Positions 19,158 to 30,976 are shown, counted from the first letter of the stretch. The stretch is 64,000 nt of DNA from Reyranella massiliensis 521 (GCA_945862125.1 CAMAYC010000004.1:8691-72690); one strand, 5' to 3'. Numbers and translations: made by a program. Notes: a model not told the origin generated them from the sequence alone.

Positions 19158-21808
19158 TGGCCCAGGATATCGACACCGACAGCAAGCCCGAGACCCGCGC
19201 GACGTTCATCAACATCGGCGAGCGCACCAACGTCACGGGCTCGGCCAAATTCAAGAAGCTGATCCTGGAAGGCGACTATACGGCCGCCGTCGAGGTCGCC
19301 CGCCAGCAGGTCGAGAGCGGCGCGCAGATCATCGACATCAACATGGACGAAGGCCTGCTCGACGCCGAGCTGGCGATGGACACGTTCCTGAAGCTGATCG
19401 CCGCAGAGCCCGACATCGCCCGCGTGCCGATCATGATCGACAGCTCCAAGTGGAGCGTGATCGAGGCCGGCCTGAAATGCGTCGCCGGCAAGCCGATCGT
19501 GAACTCGATCTCCATGAAGGAGGGTATCGCGCCCTTCATCGCGCAAGCCCGCAAGGTCCGCCGCTACGGCGCCGCGGTCGTCGTGATGGCATTCGACGAG
19601 AAGGGCCAGGCCGACACCAAGGAACGCAAGGTCGAGATCTGCGCCCGGGCCTACGACATTCTGGTGAACCAGGTCGGCTTCCCGGCCGAGGACATCATCT
19701 TCGATCCCAACGTCTTCGCGGTGGCGACGGGCATCGAGGAGCACAACAACTACGGTGTCGACTTCATCGAGGCCACGCGCGAGATCAAGCAGCGCTGCCC
19801 CGGGGCCAAGATCTCCGGCGGCGTCTCCAACCTCTCCTTCGCCTTCCGCGGCAACGAGCCGGTGCGCAAGGCGATGCACTCGGTGTTCCTCTACTATGCC
19901 ATTCAGGCGGGCATGGACATGGGCATCGTCAATGCGGGCCAGCTCGAGGTCTATGACCAGATCCCCCAGGAGCTCCGTGACGCCTGCGAGGACGTGATCC
20001 TCAACCGCAGTCCCGACGCCACCGAGCGACTGCTCGAGCTTGCGCCCAAGTACAAGGGCACCGGCGAGGTCGCCGAGACGCAGGACGCGGAGTGGCGGAG
20101 CTGGCCGGTCGAGAAGCGGCTGGAGCATGCGCTGGTCAAGGGCATGGACCAGTTCGTGGTTGCCGACACCGAGGAGGCGCGGCTGCAGATCGCGCGGCCG
20201 ATCGAGGTGATCGAGGGCCCGCTGATGGCCGGCATGAACGTGGTCGGCGATCTTTTCGGCGCCGGCAAGATGTTCCTGCCGCAGGTCGTGAAGAGCGCCC
20301 GCGTGATGAAGAAGGCCGTCGCGCACCTGCTGCCCTACATCGAGGCGCAGAAGACGGCGGGGTCGCGTCCCAAGGGCAAGATCGTGATGGCGACGGTCAA
20401 GGGCGACGTTCACGACATCGGCAAGAACATCGTGGGCGTGGTGCTCCAGTGCAACAACTTCGAGGTCATCGACCTCGGCGTCATGGTGCCCTTCCAGGAC
20501 ATCCTGAAGAGCGCCAACGACAACAAGGCCGACATCATCGGCCTCTCGGGCCTGATCACGCCGTCGCTCGACGAGATGGTGACGGTGGCCGAAGAGATGA
20601 CGCGCCAGGGCATGAACCTGCCGTTGCTGATCGGCGGCGCCACGACCTCCAAGGTTCACACCGCGCTCCGTATCGCCCCGCGCTACAACGGCACGACGGT
20701 GCATGTCCTTGACGCCTCGCGCGCCGTCGGCGTCTGCTCGGCGCTGGTCTCGGAGTCGGGCTCGCAGGCCGAGGATTTCGCGATCAAGGTCGCGGCCGAA
20801 TACGAAGCCATCCGCGTCGAACGGGCCGGCGGCACCAAGGAAAAGGTCATCGCGCTGGAGGCCGCCCGCGCCAACGCCTTCAAGATCGACTGGCAGGCCT
20901 ACACGCCGCCCAAGCCCGCGATCACCGGCACGCGTGTCTTTGCCGAATATCCGCTGCACGAGCTGATCGAGCGCATCGACTGGACGCCCTTCTTCCGCGC
21001 CTGGGAACTGGCCGGCAATTATCCGGCGATCCTGGAGGATCCCGTGGTCGGCGACAGCGCCAGGAAGCTCTACGCCGATGCGCGCAAGATGCTGGACCGC
21101 ATCGTGCGCGAGAAGTGGCTGACGGCGAAGGGCGTCGTCACCTTCTGGCCGTGCCGCCGCGACGGCGACGATGTCGTTCTCTACAGCGACGAGACGCGCA
21201 CCAAGGAGATCTCACGCCTATACTTCCTGCGCCAGCAGATCGAGAAGCGGGCGCCGCGCGCCAACATGTGCCTGGCCGACTTCATCTCGCCCGAGGCCGA
21301 CTGGATCGGCGGCTTTGCCGTCACTGCCGGTCACGGCATCGAGGAGCACCTCAAGCGCTTCAAGGCCGACCATGACGACTATTCGGACATACTGCTGAAG
21401 GCGCTGGCCGACCGCCTGGCCGAGGCCTTCGCCGAGCGCCTGCACGAACGCGTGCGCAAGACTTTGTGGGGCTATGCCCCTGACGAGGCGCTGACCAACG
21501 ACGAGCTGACGCGCGAGAAGTACCGGGGCATCCGCCCGGCGCCGGGCTATCCCGCCTGCCCCGACCACAGCCAGAAGCCCGAACTGTTCCGGCTGCTCAA
21601 TGCTGGCCAGAACGCCGGCATTACGCTCACCGAAAGCTTCGCGATGATCCCGACATCGGCGGTGTCGGGCTACTACTTCGCCCATCCCGACGCGCAGTAC
21701 TTCGGCGTGGCCCGCATCGGCCGCGACCAGCTCGAGGACTACGCCCGACGTCGCGGCGTTTCGATCGAGCAGGCCGAGAAGTGGCTGCGCCCCAACATTG
21801 GCTACTGA
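19157..21808 (+). CDS. metH: Methionine synthase, pterin-binding + cobalamin-binding + AdoMet-activation modules
   Basis: ATG 19157 shares its A with the preceding TGA (TGATG). Motifs [14 protein letters not shown]12 motif [29 protein letters not shown], and activation domain [12 protein letters not shown]. Confidence 0.9.
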   Translation: MAQDIDTDSKPETRATFINIGERTNVTGSAKFKKLILEGDYTAAVEVARQQVESGAQIIDINMDEGLLDAELAMDTFLKLIAAEPDIARVPIMIDSSKWSVIEAGLKCVAGKPIVNSISMKEGIAPFIAQARKVRRYGAAVVVMAFDEKGQADTKERKVEICARAYDILVNQVGFPAEDIIFDPNVFAVATGIEEHNNYGVDFIEATREIKQRCPGAKISGGVSNLSFAFRGNEPVRKAMHSVFLYYAIQAGMDMGIVNAGQLEVYDQIPQELRDACEDVILNRSPDATERLLELAPKYKGTGEVAETQDAEWRSWPVEKRLEHALVKGMDQFVVADTEEARLQIARPIEVIEGPLMAGMNVVGDLFGAGKMFLPQVVKSARVMKKAVAHLLPYIEAQKTAGSRPKGKIVMATVKGDVHDIGKNIVGVVLQCNNFEVIDLGVMVPFQDILKSANDNKADIIGLSGLITPSLDEMVTVAEEMTRQGMNLPLLIGGATTSKVHTALRIAPRYNGTTVHVLDASRAVGVCSALVSESGSQAEDFAIKVAAEYEAIRVERAGGTKEKVIALEAARANAFKIDWQAYTPPKPAITGTRVFAEYPLHELIERIDWTPFFRAWELAGNYPAILEDPVVGDSARKLYADARKMLDRIVREKWLTAKGVVTFWPCRRDGDDVVLYSDETRTKEISRLYFLRQQIEKRAPRANMCLADFISPEADWIGGFAVTAGHGIEEHLKRFKADHDDYSDILLKALADRLAEAFAERLHERVRKTLWGYAPDEALTNDELTREKYRGIRPAPGYPACPDHSQKPELFRLLNAGQNAGITLTESFAMIPTSAVSGYYFAHPDAQYFGVARIGRDQLEDYARRRGVSIEQAEKWLRPNIGY

Positions 21809-22538
21809 TCCGTTCCTGACCTACGCCCTCGTGCTCGTCGTAGGCTTTGTGGCCGGAACGGTAAGCGGCATTGTCGGCACCGGCGCCACCATCATCCTGC
21901 TGCCGATCCTGGTCCTGACGTTCGGCCCGCGCGAGGCGGTGCCGATCATGGCCGTCGTCGCGCTGATGTCGAACTTCGCCAAGATCACCTCGTGGTGGAA
22001 GGAGATCGACTGGCGCGCCTGCAGTGCCTATGCGCTGGGCGGCGTGCCGGCCGCGGCGCTGGGCGCGCGGACCTTGCTGGTGCTGCCGGAGCGCGCCGTC
22101 GACGTGGCCCTCGGCCTCTTCTTCCTGGTGATGGTTCCCGGCCGCCATTGGCTGGCAGCCCGCAAAATCACCTTGGGCTATGGCGGCATGGCGCTGGCCG
22201 GCGCCGTCATCGGCTTCCTCACGGGAATCGTGGTGTCGACCGGGCCGCTCAGCGTGCCGGCCTTCGCCGCCCATGGGCTGGTGAAGGGTGCCTTCATTGC
22301 CACCGAGGCGGCGGGTTCGCTCGCTCTCTACATCAGCAAGGCCGCGACTTTCCAGCAATTCGGTGCGCTGCCGCTCGACATCGTGGCCAAGGGGCTGATC
22401 TCGGGATCGTCGGTCATGGCCGGCACCTATACCGCGCGTTTGATCGTGGATAGGTTGAGCGTCGCCACTTTTCAGCGACTGCTCGACGTCGTAATGGCTG
22501 TGTCTGGACTGGCGCTCCTGTGGGCGGCCATTCGCTAA
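21798..22538 (+). CDS. TauE/SafE family sulfite/organosulfonate exporter-type permease
   Basis: Multi-TM protein with [23 protein letters not shown], typical of TauE. The only plausible start is TTG 21798, which overlaps the metH end by 11 nt. Confidence 0.8.
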   Translation: MATDPFLTYALVLVVGFVAGTVSGIVGTGATIILLPILVLTFGPREAVPIMAVVALMSNFAKITSWWKEIDWRACSAYALGGVPAAALGARTLLVLPERAVDVALGLFFLVMVPGRHWLAARKITLGYGGMALAGAVIGFLTGIVVSTGPLSVPAFAAHGLVKGAFIATEAAGSLALYISKAATFQQFGALPLDIVAKGLISGSSVMAGTYTARLIVDRLSVATFQRLLDVVMAVSGLALLWAAIR

Positions 22539-22549
22539 AGGAGTGCTTG

Positions 22550-23059
22550 ATGAAGAAGATCGCCATGGCCGCCGCGACGGTCGCCCTCGCCCTGACCGCC
22601 GGCGCCTGCATGCAGCAGTCGACCCCGCAGCAGCTCAATACCACCAACGCCAATTCCCGGATTTTCATCGGCTCGCTGAGCTGCAACATCGCCGGCGGCA
22701 CGGGCTACGTCCTGGGCTCGAACAAGAACATGGACTGCGTCTTCCTCGCCAACGACGGCGTGCATAGCGCGGAGTATACCGGCTCGATCACGAAGGTCGG
22801 CATCGACATCGGCTATACCAAGGCCGTGCATACGATCTGGCGCGTCTACTCGCTGGGCTCGACCCGCGGTCCGCGCGATCTGAGCGGCAACTACATCGGC
22901 GAGCAGGGCACCGCCGCGGTCGGTAGCCAGGCCGGTGGCAATTGGATCTACGGCGGTCCCAACGCCGAGATCGGCATGATCGCCTCGGGCATCGTCAAGG
23001 ATGCGGGCTACAATCTCGCGATGGGCATCGGCGAGATGTCGCTGAAGCTCAAGCGCTAG
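22550..23059 (+). CDS. DUF992 family lipoprotein
   Basis: ATG 22550 follows AAGGAG. Lipobox LALTAGAC. DUF992-like pattern GSLSCNIAGGTGYVLGSNKNMDC...GIDIGYT. Confidence 0.7.
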   Translation: MKKIAMAAATVALALTAGACMQQSTPQQLNTTNANSRIFIGSLSCNIAGGTGYVLGSNKNMDCVFLANDGVHSAEYTGSITKVGIDIGYTKAVHTIWRVYSLGSTRGPRDLSGNYIGEQGTAAVGSQAGGNWIYGGPNAEIGMIASGIVKDAGYNLAMGIGEMSLKLKR

Positions 23060-23077
23060 GCCCGACCGTCACACCGC

Positions 23078-23114
23078 GGCCGTCGCCGCCTGCAACACGC
23101 AGCCGGCGACGGCC
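23078..23114 (+). terminator. GC-rich hairpin downstream of the DUF992 gene (possible operon terminator)
   Basis: GGCCGTCGCCG (23078-23088) pairs with CGGCGACGGCC (23104-23114), with a 15-nt loop. No clear U-tract follows. Confidence 0.35.
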
Positions 23115-23204
23115 TGTCTCGGGCCGCCAAGCGATAGCGGGCCACCGACAGGCGCCGCGGATCGCGCTATACTGCCGGCTGCTTTCTGCTCCACGGAGGA
23201 TCGC

Positions 23205-24068
23205 ATGCTGGCCAATACGACCCGGGCTCTGACCGAGGCACAGCGCGAACAATGGGCGGTTGACGGCTACCTGCAGCTCGAAGGCGCGCTGTCGCCGGCC
23301 GAGGTCGCCTTCTTCTCCGATCTGCTGGACAACACGGTGCGCACCCAGCCGGGCTACGAGCCCGCGGCGACCGAGCTGCAGCGCGGCCACTACGCCTGGA
23401 AATTGCCCGACCAGAACAAGGACGCGTTCATGGACCGGCGCGACCTGCTTCCTTACCATCAGGCGTTCATCGACCTGATCGATCGGCCGGCCATCTTCGA
23501 CCTGATCCTCGATCTGATGGGCCCGTACATCCAGTTCTCGATGAGCCAGGCGATTATCCGCGCGTCGACCGACACGTTCCCCGGCTACATCCATACAGAC
23601 GGCGGGGAAGCGCAGAAGAGCATCCGCGTCACCGAGACCAGCCGGCCGCTCGCCGTGAAGGTGATGTACCTGCTGACCGACGTTACAGCGCCGGACAGCG
23701 GCAACTTCACGGTTTTGCCCGGCAGCCACCTGCGGCCGTTCCCCGAGCGCGCCGAGCGCATTCCAGGGCCGAAGTCGCCGGGTACGGTGCCCCTGCTCGG
23801 CAAGGCAGGCGACGCCTATGTCTTCCCACACGCGATCTGGCATGGCCCGTCGCCCAACCACTCCGGCAAGGCACGAAAGACCATCCTGTACAATTATTGC
23901 CAGATGTTCATGAAGCCCTACGATTTCGGCGGGCCGGTGAAGGCGCTGTTCGAACGCTGCACGCCGCGTCAGCGCCGACTGCTCGGCGACCTCGGCCACG
24001 ACTTCCGCCCCGGCGATTTCTTCTACGCGCCGCTCGACCAGGAAGCGCTGATGACTGGCCGCGCCTGA
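23205..24068 (+). CDS. Phytanoyl-CoA dioxygenase (PhyH) family Fe(II)/2-oxoglutarate oxygenase
   Basis: ATG follows GGAGGA. PhyH-like pattern WAVDGYLQLEGALS..., HTDGG (HxD) and a distal HGPSPN. Confidence 0.8.
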   Translation: MLANTTRALTEAQREQWAVDGYLQLEGALSPAEVAFFSDLLDNTVRTQPGYEPAATELQRGHYAWKLPDQNKDAFMDRRDLLPYHQAFIDLIDRPAIFDLILDLMGPYIQFSMSQAIIRASTDTFPGYIHTDGGEAQKSIRVTETSRPLAVKVMYLLTDVTAPDSGNFTVLPGSHLRPFPERAERIPGPKSPGTVPLLGKAGDAYVFPHAIWHGPSPNHSGKARKTILYNYCQMFMKPYDFGGPVKALFERCTPRQRRLLGDLGHDFRPGDFFYAPLDQEALMTGRA

Positions 24069-24089
24069 CTGTTTGTCAAGGGATGGGCA

Positions 24090-24947
24090 TCAGGCGCCGG
24101 CGGCCTCGAGCTTGCAGCCGGCGACAGTGATGCGGTGCATCAGCCGCCGCTCGCCGTGATAGTCGTTGGCGGCGTAGTGCCAGGTGGCGCGATTGTCCCA
24201 GAAGGCGATCGAGCCCTCGCGCCAGCGGAAGCGGCAGGTGAACTCCGGCCGGGCGGCATGCTGGTAGAGATAGTCGAGCAGCGGCTTGCTGTCCTCGGCC
24301 GTCCAGTCCTCGAAACGCAGGGTAAAGGCACGGTTGACGTAGAGCGCCTTGCGGCCGCTCAGCGGATGCCTGATCACGACCGGATGCACGACATCGGCGC
24401 CCACCTTGTCGTGGTTCTCGTAGCGGCTGGCGCCTTCCGGATTCTGGTCGTTGACGCCGCCCTTGCCGAAGATATGCGCGGAACCATGGACCGCCCGCAT
24501 GCCTTCGAGCGTGCGTTGCAGTCCGGGCGAGAGTGTCTCGAAGGCGCGATACATATTGGCGAATAGCGTGTCGCCACCCTCCTCCGGCAGCTCACGCGCC
24601 AGCAGGATGGAGCCCATCGCGGGTTCCCGGTCGTAGCTGTGGTCGGTGTGCCAGCCGCCGCCGATATTGGTCTTCTGCTCGGGCTCCTTGCGGACCTCGG
24701 CGATCTCCGGATGGCCCGGCACCGCCTTGAAGAAGCGGTTGACGTCGATCGGGGCCCAGCGCCGCGCGAAGGCGAGATGCTGGTCGGGTGTCAGCTCCTG
24801 GTCGCGGAAGAAGACCACGCCATGTTCGACGAAGGCGCGCTGGACCTCGTCCCACTGGCGATTGCTCATCGCCCTGAGATCGACGCCCAGAATCTCGGCG
24901 CCGCAGCCGCCGGTGAGCTTTCGCACCTGAACCGTTTCATCAGTCAT
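24090..24947 (-). CDS. TauD/TfdA family Fe(II)/2-oxoglutarate dioxygenase
   Basis: ATG 24947 follows GGAGG. WHTDHSY (HxD facial triad), HPVVIRHPLSGRKALYVN, and WDNRATWHYA. The N-terminal extension of the listed ORF is rejected. Confidence 0.85.
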   Translation of the reverse strand: MTDETVQVRKLTGGCGAEILGVDLRAMSNRQWDEVQRAFVEHGVVFFRDQELTPDQHLAFARRWAPIDVNRFFKAVPGHPEIAEVRKEPEQKTNIGGGWHTDHSYDREPAMGSILLARELPEEGGDTLFANMYRAFETLSPGLQRTLEGMRAVHGSAHIFGKGGVNDQNPEGASRYENHDKVGADVVHPVVIRHPLSGRKALYVNRAFTLRFEDWTAEDSKPLLDYLYQHAARPEFTCRFRWREGSIAFWDNRATWHYAANDYHGERRLMHRITVAGCKLEAAGA

Positions 24948-24969
24948 GGCCTTACCTCCGTATCGAAGT

Positions 24970-25929
24970 CTAGCGCGGCTGCACGCCCAGAAGCAGCAGT
25001 GCAATCGACAGCGTGAACACGCTGGCTGCCGTCGAGATGACAACGGCATTGGTCGCCCGCGCGACGCCGATGCCGTACATCTGCGCGACCAGGTAGACGT
25101 TGGCCCCGGCCGGCAGGGCGGCATTCAGCGTCGCCACGGTAAGCCACAGCGGATCGAGCGGGAAGACGTAACGTCCCAGCGTCCACACCAGCAGCGGCAG
25201 GGCCGCCAGCTTGAACGCGGTGGCAACCGCGGCCGACTGCCAGTGGCCCCTCAAGCCGACGTGGGCGAGCGAGGCGCCGACCATGATCAGGCCGCAGGGC
25301 GGCGCCGCCATCGCCAGCGCCTGCAGGATGCGGTCGATCACGACGGGTGTCGCGAGGCCCGGCACCAGCCGCGTAAGTTCGCCCCAGGCGAGCCCGGCGA
25401 AGATCGCCGGAATGACAGGATGCTTCAGCATGTTGAGCGCCGCCCCGCCCAACCGGCCGAGCAGCCGCCGGCGGACGCCGCCCGGGGCATCCATTTCCAT
25501 CAGGAAGGACGAAAAGGTGAGCAGGATCAGCGAGTGCACACTGATGATCATGAGCAGCGGCACCAGCCCCTGTTCGCCGAAGGCGTAGGTGATGAAGGGG
25601 ATGCCGATGCCGACGCCGTTGGAGAAGACGCCGCTCAGCGCCAGCACGGTGCGGTCGCCCATGCCCATGCCGGCAGCGCGGCCGAGCAGCATCAGGGCGC
25701 CATAGAGCAGGAAGACGGCGCTGAAGAAGACCAGCAGGATGTCGGGCTCGAGCGCCTCGATCCGCACCTTGGCCATCGAGCGGAAGAGCAGCGCCGGAAA
25801 CAGCGCATAGAAGGTAACGCCGGTCAGGCCGCGCAATCCCTCCGCGCTCAGCAGCGGCGTGCGGCCGATCACCCAGCCGATCAGCACCATGCCGAAGACC
25901 GGCACGATGATGTCGACGATCGCGCTCAT
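24970..25929 (-). CDS. AEC (auxin efflux carrier) family transporter
   Basis: About 10 TM segments and a typical N-terminus IIVPVFGMVLIGWVIG. Confidence 0.8.
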   Translation of the reverse strand: MSAIVDIIVPVFGMVLIGWVIGRTPLLSAEGLRGLTGVTFYALFPALLFRSMAKVRIEALEPDILLVFFSAVFLLYGALMLLGRAAGMGMGDRTVLALSGVFSNGVGIGIPFITYAFGEQGLVPLLMIISVHSLILLTFSSFLMEMDAPGGVRRRLLGRLGGAALNMLKHPVIPAIFAGLAWGELTRLVPGLATPVVIDRILQALAMAAPPCGLIMVGASLAHVGLRGHWQSAAVATAFKLAALPLLVWTLGRYVFPLDPLWLTVATLNAALPAGANVYLVAQMYGIGVARATNAVVISTAASVFTLSIALLLLGVQPR

Positions 25930-25954
25930 TGACCGGCCGCCGTGAGGCGGCCGG

Positions 25955-27097
25955 TCAGGCCGCCATCGCGAGGTTGCTGTAGCGCGTCAGGTGATGCTGC
26001 TGGTTGCCGAACATCAGGTCGATCATGGTGAGCCGCTTGAAGTAGTGGCTGACCGAGAGCTCGTCGGTGACGCCCATGCCGCCGTGCATCTGCACCGCAC
26101 TCTGGCCGCAGAACTTGCCCGACTTGCCGATCTGAACCTTGGCACCCGACGCCGCCTTGGCACGCACGACGGGATCCTTGTCGTCGATCTTGAGCGACGC
26201 CATCAGCGTCATCGAGCGCGCTTCCTGGGCGTTGGTGAAGCAATCGACCATGCGATGCTGCAGCACCTGGAACTTGCCGATCGCCACGCCGAACTGCTTG
26301 CGGGTCTTGATGTATTCCAGCGTGGCCGCGTTGATCGCGTCCATGCAGCCGGTGGCCTCGGCGCAGAGCGCCACGATGGCACGGTCGACACCGTCCTCGA
26401 CGATGCCGAAACCCTCGTCGACTTTGCCCAGCACGGCGTCGGCGCCGACCGAGACCTTGTCGAAGGTGAGCTCGGACGCACGCAGCGCGTCCTGGGTCGG
26501 GTAGTCGCGACGGGAAAGCCCCTTGGCCTTGCCATCGACGATGAAGAGCGTGAGCCCCTTGGGCTCGCGCGCGCTGCCGGCGGTGCGGGCAAGCACGATG
26601 ATGTGGTCGGCGGAAGCCGCATTATAGACCACGCCCTTGTGGCCGGAGAGCGACCAGCCGGCGCCTTCCTTGGTGGCCTTCAGCGAGACGTCGGCCAGAT
26701 TGTAGCGGCTCTGGCGTTCGAGCCAGGCCAGCGCGAACTGCTTCTTGCCCTCGATCATCGGGGCGAGCAGCGCCTCCTTCTGCGCCTTCGAGCCCGAGCG
26801 CGCGATCATGCCGCCGCCCAGCACGACGGTCGGCAGGAACGGCTCCAGCACCAGGCCTTTGCCGAACTGCTCCATCACGATCATGGTCTCGATCGGACCG
26901 CCGCCGTAGCCGCCGTCCTCTTCCGAAAACGACATGCCGAGCCAGCCCAGTTCGGCGAACTGCGCCCAGTTCTCGGGCAGCCAGCCGCGCTCCGTCGCCG
27001 CGATCTTGCGGCGGGCATCGAACGCGTACTTGTCGCGCACGAAACGCTCGGCCTGCTCTTGCAGCTGCTTCTGTTCGTCGGAAAGGGACAGATCCAT
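25955..27097 (-). CDS. Acyl-CoA dehydrogenase family protein, small-subunit type (PimD-like)
   Basis: ACAD fold (WLGMSFSEEDGGYG, GMGVTDE). ATG 27097 follows GGAGGAGA. The C-terminal segment reads MFGNQQHH where classical ACADs have IYEGTxEIQ. Confidence 0.8.
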   Translation of the reverse strand: MDLSLSDEQKQLQEQAERFVRDKYAFDARRKIAATERGWLPENWAQFAELGWLGMSFSEEDGGYGGGPIETMIVMEQFGKGLVLEPFLPTVVLGGGMIARSGSKAQKEALLAPMIEGKKQFALAWLERQSRYNLADVSLKATKEGAGWSLSGHKGVVYNAASADHIIVLARTAGSAREPKGLTLFIVDGKAKGLSRRDYPTQDALRASELTFDKVSVGADAVLGKVDEGFGIVEDGVDRAIVALCAEATGCMDAINAATLEYIKTRKQFGVAIGKFQVLQHRMVDCFTNAQEARSMTLMASLKIDDKDPVVRAKAASGAKVQIGKSGKFCGQSAVQMHGGMGVTDELSVSHYFKRLTMIDLMFGNQQHHLTRYSNLAMAA

Positions 27098-27139
27098 GGT
27101 TCTCCTCCGGAATTCTTTGATGCCTTATAGCCCCAACGC

Positions 27140-28303
27140 CTAGAGGCCCAACACCATCTTCGACACGATATTCTTCTGAATCTCGGTGCTGCCGCCGTAG
27201 ATGCTGGTCTTGCGCATGTTGAAATAGCGCGGTGCCGCGGGCGGCGCGTGGTCGGGGCCGACCGGCGTCTCGTTGGTGTCGTGGAACAGCATGCCGGGCT
27301 GATACGGGGCGGCGTATTCGCCGACCGCCTCCATCGCCAGTTCCGCGATGCGCTGCTGGATTTCCGAACCGCGCACCTTGAGCGTCGAGACTTCCGGTCC
27401 CGGCGCGCCACCCAGCGCCATGGTCGAGAGCGCGCGCAGCTCGCTCATCTCCAGCGCCTGGACCTGCAGGTCGAGGTCGGCGATCTTTTCGTTGAACGAA
27501 GGATCGTCGTTGAGCTCGTACAAGGACCGCACGCCGCGCTTGGAGGACGGCACTTCGGCGATGCCCAGCCGCTCGTTGGCGAGCAGGAATTTGGCGCAAG
27601 TCCAGCCCTCGTTCTCCTTGCCGATCAGGTTGGCGACGGGAACCTTCACATTGTCGAGGAACACGTCGTTCACGTGATGGGCGCCGTCGAGCATGATGAT
27701 CGGCCGCACCGTGACGCCTGGCGTCTTCATGTCGATCAGCAGGAAGGAGATGCTTTCCTGCGGCTTGGCATCGGGATTGGTGCGCACCAGGCAGAAGATC
27801 CAGTCGCCCCAGTGGGCGAACGACGTCCAGGTCTTCTGCCCGTTGACGATATAATGGTCGCCCTCACGAACCGCGCGCGTGCGCAGGTTGGCGAGGTCGG
27901 AGCCGGCGCCCGGCTCGGAATAGCCCTGGCACCATGCGACGTCGGAGCTGCGGATGCCCGGCAGAAAGCGTTCCTTCTGCTCGTCGGTGCCGAAGGTGTA
28001 GATGACCGGACCCACCATCTTCACGCCGAACGGAATGATGCGCGGTGCACCTTCCTCGGCCAGCACGTTCTCGAACAGGAAGCGCTGCGTCACGTCCCAG
28101 CCGGGACCGCCGTATTTCTTGGGCCAGGTATAGGGAAGCCAGCCCTTCTTCCCGAGCGCCTGCTGCCAGACGACATGGTCGGCCTTGTCGTAATGCTTGC
28201 CAGAGAAAGTCTTCTCCCGGGTCGCGGGCGAGAGATTCCGGCGCGCGAAGTCGCGGACCTCGTCGGCGAAGGCCTTGTGCTCGGGTTTCAGGGCGAGATC
28301 CAT
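27140..28303 (-). CDS. Acyl-CoA dehydrogenase, large-subunit type (PimC-like), paralogue 2
   Basis: ATG 28303 lies 1 nt after the upstream stop. MDLALKPEHKAFADEVRDF..., CQGYSEPGAGSDL, IYGGSTEIQKNIVSKMVLGL. About two-thirds identical by eye to the next gene. Confidence 0.85.
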   Translation of the reverse strand: MDLALKPEHKAFADEVRDFARRNLSPATREKTFSGKHYDKADHVVWQQALGKKGWLPYTWPKKYGGPGWDVTQRFLFENVLAEEGAPRIIPFGVKMVGPVIYTFGTDEQKERFLPGIRSSDVAWCQGYSEPGAGSDLANLRTRAVREGDHYIVNGQKTWTSFAHWGDWIFCLVRTNPDAKPQESISFLLIDMKTPGVTVRPIIMLDGAHHVNDVFLDNVKVPVANLIGKENEGWTCAKFLLANERLGIAEVPSSKRGVRSLYELNDDPSFNEKIADLDLQVQALEMSELRALSTMALGGAPGPEVSTLKVRGSEIQQRIAELAMEAVGEYAAPYQPGMLFHDTNETPVGPDHAPPAAPRYFNMRKTSIYGGSTEIQKNIVSKMVLGL

Positions 28304-28304
28304 C

Positions 28305-29501
<1,197 letters not shown>

Positions 29502-29629
29502 ACGCCCCTCCCGGGCCGGGTTTTCGATTTGGCCGGAGTTTAGCCACGAGCCCGTTCCGGACAAGCGTCACGCTATCGGCAGGCGGCTGGATACGCCGCG
29601 CCGCGGAACAGGTTTACGTAGGAAATCCG

Positions 29630-30976
29630 TTACGTCAGGCCGTAGCGCTCCGGCTGCAGGGCGACGGCGAGCCCTTCGCGCAGAGGCTCCCCCCGCGCCA
29701 TACGGCCGCGATTGTCGTCGCCGACCCGGCGATAAAGCCCGAGGGCCGCGCGATCGTCGAGTGAGGCAGCGTCCTCACCCACGCGGCGCGATACCAGCCG
29801 GCGCAGGAGATCGCGCGCGACGGTCTCGTCCCAGATCGAGGCATTCATCTCGCAGTGCCCGTTCAGCGAAAACGCATGCAGATTGCACGAGCCGATCGTC
29901 ACCCAGGCATCGTCGACGATCATCAGCTTGGCGTGGACATAGAGCGGGTCGGGATCGCCCGCGTCCCGGCCGGCGATGCCCGCGAGCAGGAAATTCGGAT
30001 AACGGCCGAGCAGCTCGACACCCTCGAAACGCGAACGCTCAGACGGGTCCTTACGGGCAGCGAAGACATAGGCTTCAGGTTTCGTGGGCACGAGCAGCAC
30101 GACATCCACGCCGCGCTCGAGCGCACGCGCGAGCGGCGCCGCGATCTCCATGGTCGGAATGGCCTGGTTCTCGAGGTAGATGCTGCGGCGCGCGGCGTCG
30201 ATCGCCCGCACATACTGTTCGGCAATGGAACGCTCCCCGCGTGCCGCATCGAAGGGCCGCCCGTCGGGCGTCGGGTGCCCGTCGAAGTATCGGTCGGCGT
30301 GCAGCATCCTCTGGACCTGGACCCTGCTCGCACCGCGGGGCGCCGAGGCCACGGCGGGAAACGGCAGCTGGTCCGCGCCGCCGCAATTCCAATTGCCGTC
30401 TTCCGCCTCGCGTTCGCTCGCCTCGTTCCAGCGTTGGACGAAATTGTGATGAACGTCGGTCGCCGACGGGCCCGTCACCTCCAGGTAGACGTCATGATGA
30501 CGCTCATAGGAGCGCGCGGTGAGATTTGCGCCGCCGACGAACGCCGCCTCCGACGGAAAGCCCGCATCGACCACCCAGCTCTTCTGGTGCTGGCAATAGC
30601 GGTCTATCGCCCGGTCCCAGCGCATCTTCACGCGCGTGCCGCTCTGGCGAAGCATGTCCATATGCTCGGCGGTGCCGCCGAACATGATGGGATGGTGGGT
30701 CGCCTCCTTGTTCGGACGCCAAATCAGGAGACGGACATCGACGCCGCGCGCCACGGCGCGACTGAGGACGTCGAGCAAGCTGCCGCGGCCTTCGGGAAAA
30801 AGAAACTTCCGGTCCCAGAAAGCGACCGTGATCCAAACGCTGTGCCGCGCGGAGTCGACGGCGTCGCAAAGGCGCGAGAAGAACGTGGCGGCGCCGACCA
30901 TCGGCAGCACCTTGTTGCCTCCGCGGATCGGGTAGGAACCCGAGGCCGCAATTGGAATGTAGGACGCCACGCTCAC
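29630..30976 (-). CDS. Phospholipase D superfamily protein with two HKD motifs, no TM or signal peptide
   Basis: HKD motifs HQKSWVVD...GGANL and HAKLMIVDD...GSCNL. The N-terminal region YPIRGGNKVLPMVGAATFFSRLCDAVDSARHSVWI must be included. GTG 30976 forms a GTGA overlap with the CoA-transferase stop, and GTG 30970 is an alternative. The rest of listed ORF 29630..31609 overlaps the upstream gene and is rejected. Confidence 0.75.
   Translation of the reverse strand: MSVASYIPIAASGSYPIRGGNKVLPMVGAATFFSRLCDAVDSARHSVWITVAFWDRKFLFPEGRGSLLDVLSRAVARGVDVRLLIWRPNKEATHHPIMFGGTAEHMDMLRQSGTRVKMRWDRAIDRYCQHQKSWVVDAGFPSEAAFVGGANLTARSYERHHDVYLEVTGPSATDVHHNFVQRWNEASEREAEDGNWNCGGADQLPFPAVASAPRGASRVQVQRMLHADRYFDGHPTPDGRPFDAARGERSIAEQYVRAIDAARRSIYLENQAIPTMEIAAPLARALERGVDVVLLVPTKPEAYVFAARKDPSERSRFEGVELLGRYPNFLLAGIAGRDAGDPDPLYVHAKLMIVDDAWVTIGSCNLHAFSLNGHCEMNASIWDETVARDLLRRLVSRRVGEDAASLDDRAALGLYRRVGDDNRGRMARGEPLREGLAVALQPERYGLT

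Noticed and set aside
18950-20959. A 669-aa minus-strand ORF
   Set aside because: It is antisense to metH, whose domain motifs are unambiguous, and it has no recognisable motifs of its own.
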